Both the position numbers and the translations under genes were made by a program. A DNA stretch of 52,996 nt, the filler included, from Sphacelaria rigidula (lineage: Eukaryota), in the NCBI GenBank assembly GCA_964200075.2. It is 2 parts of 2 records of this genome, joined end to end, with 100 filler letters (N's around TTAATTAATTAA, not from the genome) between each part and the next. Parts side by side here need not be neighbours in the genome. Positions count along the whole stretch, not along the records: positions 26,565 to 52,996 come from CAXNAA020000138.1; 1 more part is not named here. One strand, written 5' to 3'. This document shows positions 48,365-52,996 of this stretch, piece after piece. How positions within the stretch are numbered: position 1 is the stretch's first letter; each line of letters opens with the position of its first letter. The notes below the pieces were generated by a model. It saw only the letters and a list, made by a program, of their open reading frames with translations, was not told where the DNA came from and searched no databases.

Positions 48365-48577
48365 TGTAGGCTTGTCTGAATACAGAACATGGTCACAGTG
48401 CTGCTCCAGAGGCTTCCTCCCTGTCACGGGCTCTAGAGACTTCAGGATTGAAGCAATTACACAAATAGCAGTCTTAGTTCAAACCGGAAGTGACCGGCAC
48501 ACCTCGCATGCAGACATCATACATCACGGAGTCCATCGATCATACTCTCGGATCCGTTATCCATTAAGCAGCCTATA
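48365..48577 (-). mobile_element. Probable solo LTR
   Basis: Inverted tips tgtaggct...agcctata; contains the shared R/U5 block at 48385-48494; no clear TSD. Confidence 0.65.
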
Positions 48578-50750
48578 AACGCCTGCTATGCATTTTCTCC
48601 ACTGCAGTCATGTACCAACCAACGTAGCACTGTTGCCCGGAGTCTATACGCTGTATATTTGGGTATGTGAGACGATGTGAGACGATGTGAGACGATGTGA
48701 AAGGAAGAGCACGGACAGGAAGAGGGCGTCGGACACAACAGTGTATAGTGTAGAAAAATTGTTCCGAAAATGATCATTTAACTTGGATTGAGTATAAGTT
48801 TGAGCTTCACTTGCATGCCAAGTTGAGTATGATACGGAGAGATATTTACGCCATCAATAACTTGACCTTTACGTGAAATTGAATGTTGAGCGTTGATTTA
48901 GAGCGATTTGTACTGTTCGCTCTACCTTGCTAATTTTTCATTTCAAGTTTTTTTTTTATATCGACATCCTACTGAGGGATGTCAAAGACTTCAGTGGTTA
49001 GCTACTACAGCAAGTGTATCGGGCATCGTGGAGGGGCATTTCGGAACGGAAACATTTCATTCATTCATTGACGGCTTCTCACTCTCAATCGAGTCCTGGA
49101 CTTTCAATCTCACGAAACATTGTTGAATACGAACCAATACTGTACGTTTCCTTGAGCGGACAATAAGGAAAATAATTATATTGGGGAACATGCCTCTTAC
49201 TGGTGTGCCATATTCCCTCGTACATTATGGCATACATTTCAAAATTATTTTCGTCAATTGATACGCTGAATGCGAGTGTAGCGTATTTACCCGCCGTGAT
49301 ATAACAAAAAGATAGTGTGTTGGTGTTTGTTTGATCTCGGAATATATGTGAGTAATGCCATGGTAGTACCGGCGCACAATTTTATTCACAGGCTTTTGAG
49401 TTCAGGGGTGTTTCAATATGGAACATCTGGGCCCAGCCATGCAACCTCAGACAACATTTGCCCTCAGAAGTGCATCCTTACTATAGCACGACTAATATCA
49501 ATAAGTGAGTACCTCTTTGGAATCCTAAACCTTTGATCGCCAAGGTTGGTAATTTGGGTCACGCAGTAACTTTTAGGTGAAAATGGGCTGAAAATTGAAA
49601 AAAGCACACATTTCACATGCGGCCGATCGCCTCCCATCCAGGCTAATATTGTTTCAATCCTTAGAGTATCCCTTGATACTCTCTGCTTTGATCGCTGTTG
49701 CTTACTCGAGAGTATTTGCAGTCCTCTGCAATCCTCTGGAGGGCTTGATTCCCTCCACAGGATTTTTTTCCCTTCAGATGTTTGTTTCACACACGGTATA
49801 CTCTCGAGCAATCTTTACCCTCTAGTGTATGCTTTATCCTGAAATACTCTATAGGTATGAAAAACCTTGTGGCAAATAACATCAGAGAAATATTTGCAAT
49901 CCAGAGATTTCACGGGCCGTATGCTCAAGAATCTAGACACTGGAGTAAATATATAAATATCCTCTCCAGTACCATCATATACTGGAGATTCATTTTAAAC
50001 GGGGAACCGACCCGCAACGTGTATAAATCAAGAGCTCGACACTCCATCTGGCCATAAGGTTGTCCCTCGCGGAATATGCACTAAAGTAAAGGGTCCTACC
50101 GCATGAAGTGGTGGCTGGGATAATGTGCATTTGATTCATGTCGCACGAAGGATTGATGAGAAGAGACGTCAGTATGATTCATGCGTATGGGTGATAGATG
50201 GGAAGTATTACGAGCTGGTTGACGTTCATCACCTCAAATCCCTTCATCAGCAAATGTTCACACTGAATCTTGGAGTTAGACTCTAAAGCTCTGCACACAT
50301 ATTCTATTGAACATTGCGAAACTTTTGATGGAAGGGGTCTTCTGCTTTTTGTGTTCGCCAGTATCGGGGGTCCCAGGGCTCTGGGCGTTTTTGAGGGATC
50401 ACAGGCCCTTCTGGAACCCCCGACCACCAGCGAAGCATATAAAATCACAAGACCCTTTTCGTACGTTTTTCGTAATGTTTCACAGTATGTGTGTGCAAAG
50501 TATCAGAGTCTAATTCCAAGAATCAGATTCCACAGTTTATTAAGTCCACAACTTAGACGAAATATGGTCAATAGTTTCAATAAACAAAAACAAATCGACG
50601 TAAAATATAGGGCCAAAAATCTTCTGGAAATGAGCGAACATAATCCGAAGTATTTTCGATCCTACCACCCTCCAAACAATTTGGGAGGCTGGTCGTTGCG
50701 TGGGCGTGGACATACTCCACGACGAGATTCTGCTTCATATATCTGGTGTA

Positions 50751-50976
50751 TGTAGAGAAGGTACAGAAGCGCCCCTAGCATGAGGTGAATATCAGGTTGG
50801 ATCTTCTGAGAATGAGTTGGAGGATGATTATTGAATGCATATTATACTGTGTATGCAAGGGCAGCAGAACAGGGATCACTTCTGGTCTTCACGAAGACAG
50901 CTGTTTGTGTAACTGCTGGAGTTTTAAAGTCTCTGGAGCCCTTGACGGGGAGGAAGTCTCTGGAGGAGCACTGTCA
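50751..50976 (+). mobile_element. 3'-truncated LTR
   Basis: TGtagagaaggtacag...ttggaggatgattatt...cacttctgg...gaagtctctggag; homologous to 31480-31745. Confidence 0.8.
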
Positions 50977-51861
50977 TGGGTGGGACTGGGGCCCGATTTT
51001 GGGTACTATATTTCGGGAAAATGGATCACGAACACTATATGCGTAAGAAATGGATCGTAATCAGGCGAATTATATTAATAAAATTAATGCATCACCTAGA
51101 AACAACGACCTGGCTCATATAAAATGTACTATAAACATGGGACATATCTTCAAGCCTGTGAGTGCTCGGTGTTGAGATGATTTCTCCTCCGCATAACTCG
51201 CTCCAGACCAGTGGGTGGAAACTCTTGGTGCACTAGTGTTCAGCTGCTGTACTACTCGGGAAGCGCACGCGCCCGAGCTGCCACCCCACATTTACCACCA
51301 TTGCGAATGTAACAAAACAAGAAGACCTACAGCAGTAGTTGTGGCCGCCACACACCAACGCATCTGCAGTGAAAGGCGTGCCTGACATCGTGCTAGAACG
51401 AGAAAGTACGAAAATTTGGGTACCGTGAGCAGCAGCGTTGCGCATCCCTTGGGTTCTGTCTCGAAAACGTCTGTCACAAGACGGCCGTATTTCATCGGTG
51501 AACTCGTCCTCTACAAACCAAGGGGTGACAGGGCATTCACTCATGATAAGTGAGGTTGTCCTTCATACACATCCCCACAGAACAGAGCAGCACGTGGCTG
51601 ACCGCCACCAAAGCAAGTGTCGTGACATTGGTGCCAAAAAATAGCATTTGGTCGAAGATGCAAGTTGGTGTAAATCGCATGGTTTACATACTATTTTCAG
51701 TATGTACAGGCAGTCAGTTAAAATATCGTGGCTTTGCTGACCTGTTCGTATATATTCAGTGTGTAGTACAAAATCAAAATCGCCCTTGGCGCCCTGGTTT
51801 CTCCGCTGGAACCCTCAGATCCAACAGCCGAAGTTCATGTGTTACGTCGCCCTTTGCAACT

Positions 51862-52295
51862 CAATACATAAAGGGTACTCGCTGTTGAAAGGCTAAGTTG
51901 CTTATTGTGCACAGCCGTACAGAACGAAGCAGCACCTGGCGGCACGCCACAAAGTGAAACACCGTCACACACTGCTCGCTGCAAGAAAAAAATATGCAGC
52001 CCAAAACGAAGCTGTCGACCGTCGCATAGTTTGCATCTCAGTCTTATATTAGTATAATATAAGCAGACAATTACCAAGTACATGATCACAACAGTCGCCA
52101 GAAGATGTAAGGCAGTGCAAGTACTACAATCGCTCTAGAGGCCTCGGCTTCTGCACTGGAGCTCTGACACGAAACAGCCGCTAGCTTTGTCTTTTTTCTG
52201 TGAACTCCCCCTCTAAAATTCGATACTTGAAGGGATACTCACTGTTGAAAGGCGGAATTGCCTCTTGTGCACAGCCGCACAGAACTAAGCAGCAA
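51862..52295. repeat. Diverged ~70-bp direct repeat pair
   Basis: tactc.ctgttgaaaggc....ttgc...ttgtgcacagccg.acagaac.aagcagca at ~51876 and ~52236. Confidence 0.8.
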
Positions 52296-52419
52296 CGCCT
52301 GCCAGATGAATGCGCGGTGAACAAACCGTTTTGAGGTGACAGCAGTTTCTCACCTCATGCCAAAACATATTGCGAGATGTCGGTGTTACACGTTCTTGGG
52401 GCATGATTATGACGTTGTG

Positions 52420-52655
52420 TATAGACTTCTGTCACTCAAGATCAGATCGCCATGTGGACTCCTCCCATCTCGAGCACATGGACTTCAGCGGCTTTAGTTA
52501 TTCATATATTAACCCTCAGAATAGTATAGGAGAACAGGACCATAGCCTCTCTCAACCAGTGTAGCAAAGCCAAGCCTCACGTCATAGAGGTCAAGCATCA
52601 CAGGGTCTGGCAATCAGACCCGCAACTCCACCTACAATATCCCTAACCTTAGGTA
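52420..52655 (-). mobile_element. Older LTR copy, truncated at its U3 tip by the next element
   Basis: Collinear with 44624-44860. Confidence 0.85.
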
Positions 52656-52996
52656 TGTAGACTCTAGCCACCATTGTTACCTGAGGTTGGGGACGTATGT
52701 AGGTGGAGTTTTGGGTCGGATTGCCGGACTCTGTGATGGGTGACGTCCTTGACGAAAGAGCCTGGTTTTGCTACTCTGGTGGAGAGAGGCTATGGTCCTG
52801 TTTTCCTATACTATGCTGAGGGTTACTACATAAATAAGCAAAGCTGCTGAAGTCCCTGTGCCCGTCATGGGAGGAGTCCACATGGCGATCTGATATGAGT
52901 GACAGAAGTCTATAATGAACGTTCATTAAGTCCGCTGAGGCGGTAGGTACGCTGTAAAGCAGCTGACATTTCAAGATAGGGACGCCTGCAGGCCTG
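52656..52996 (+). mobile_element. 5' LTR (52656-52914) and leader of an element running off the window
   Basis: 259-bp LTR TGtagac...gtcTA-TA; leader is the reverse complement of 44542-44623. Confidence 0.9.

Noticed and set aside
48667-48700. Short tandem repeats (gtgagacgat x3; also ~41936-41980 and 42198-42230)
   Set aside because: Ordinary local slippage duplications
52420-52914. Large inverted repeat suggesting a DIRS-type or foldback element
   Set aside because: Explained by one LTR inserted head-to-head into the tip of an older, diverged LTR

Overview
Eukaryotic, repeat-dense, gene-poor window, most likely from a brown alga (Ectocarpus-like). This is inferred from an EsV-1-7 cysteine-repeat gene and the transposon repertoire. 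An artificial 100-bp scaffold spacer at 26465-26564 splits it into two pieces that need not be adjacent in vivo. Only one apparently intact gene is visible: an uninterrupted ~2-kb ORF encoding about 12 C-x4-C-x16-C-x2-H (EsV-1-7) repeats. The left half is a nest of non-autonomous DNA transposons (piggyBac-, PIF/Harbinger-, hAT- and pogo-like), LINE 3' ends and a possible Ulp1-type protease remnant. The right half holds decayed Ty3/Gypsy elements and solo LTRs. Three signals stand out. (1) A three-copy TGT...ACA element with a 4-bp TSD whose termini are head-to-head palindromes of tRNA(Asp)-like sequence cut at the anticodon loop. (2) A covarying 16-bp AACGTT-centred palindrome that replaces the tRNA primer-binding site in two LTR families. 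(3) Position-specific hypervariability in the EsV-1-7 repeat array. All alignments and counts were done by eye and no database search was run.
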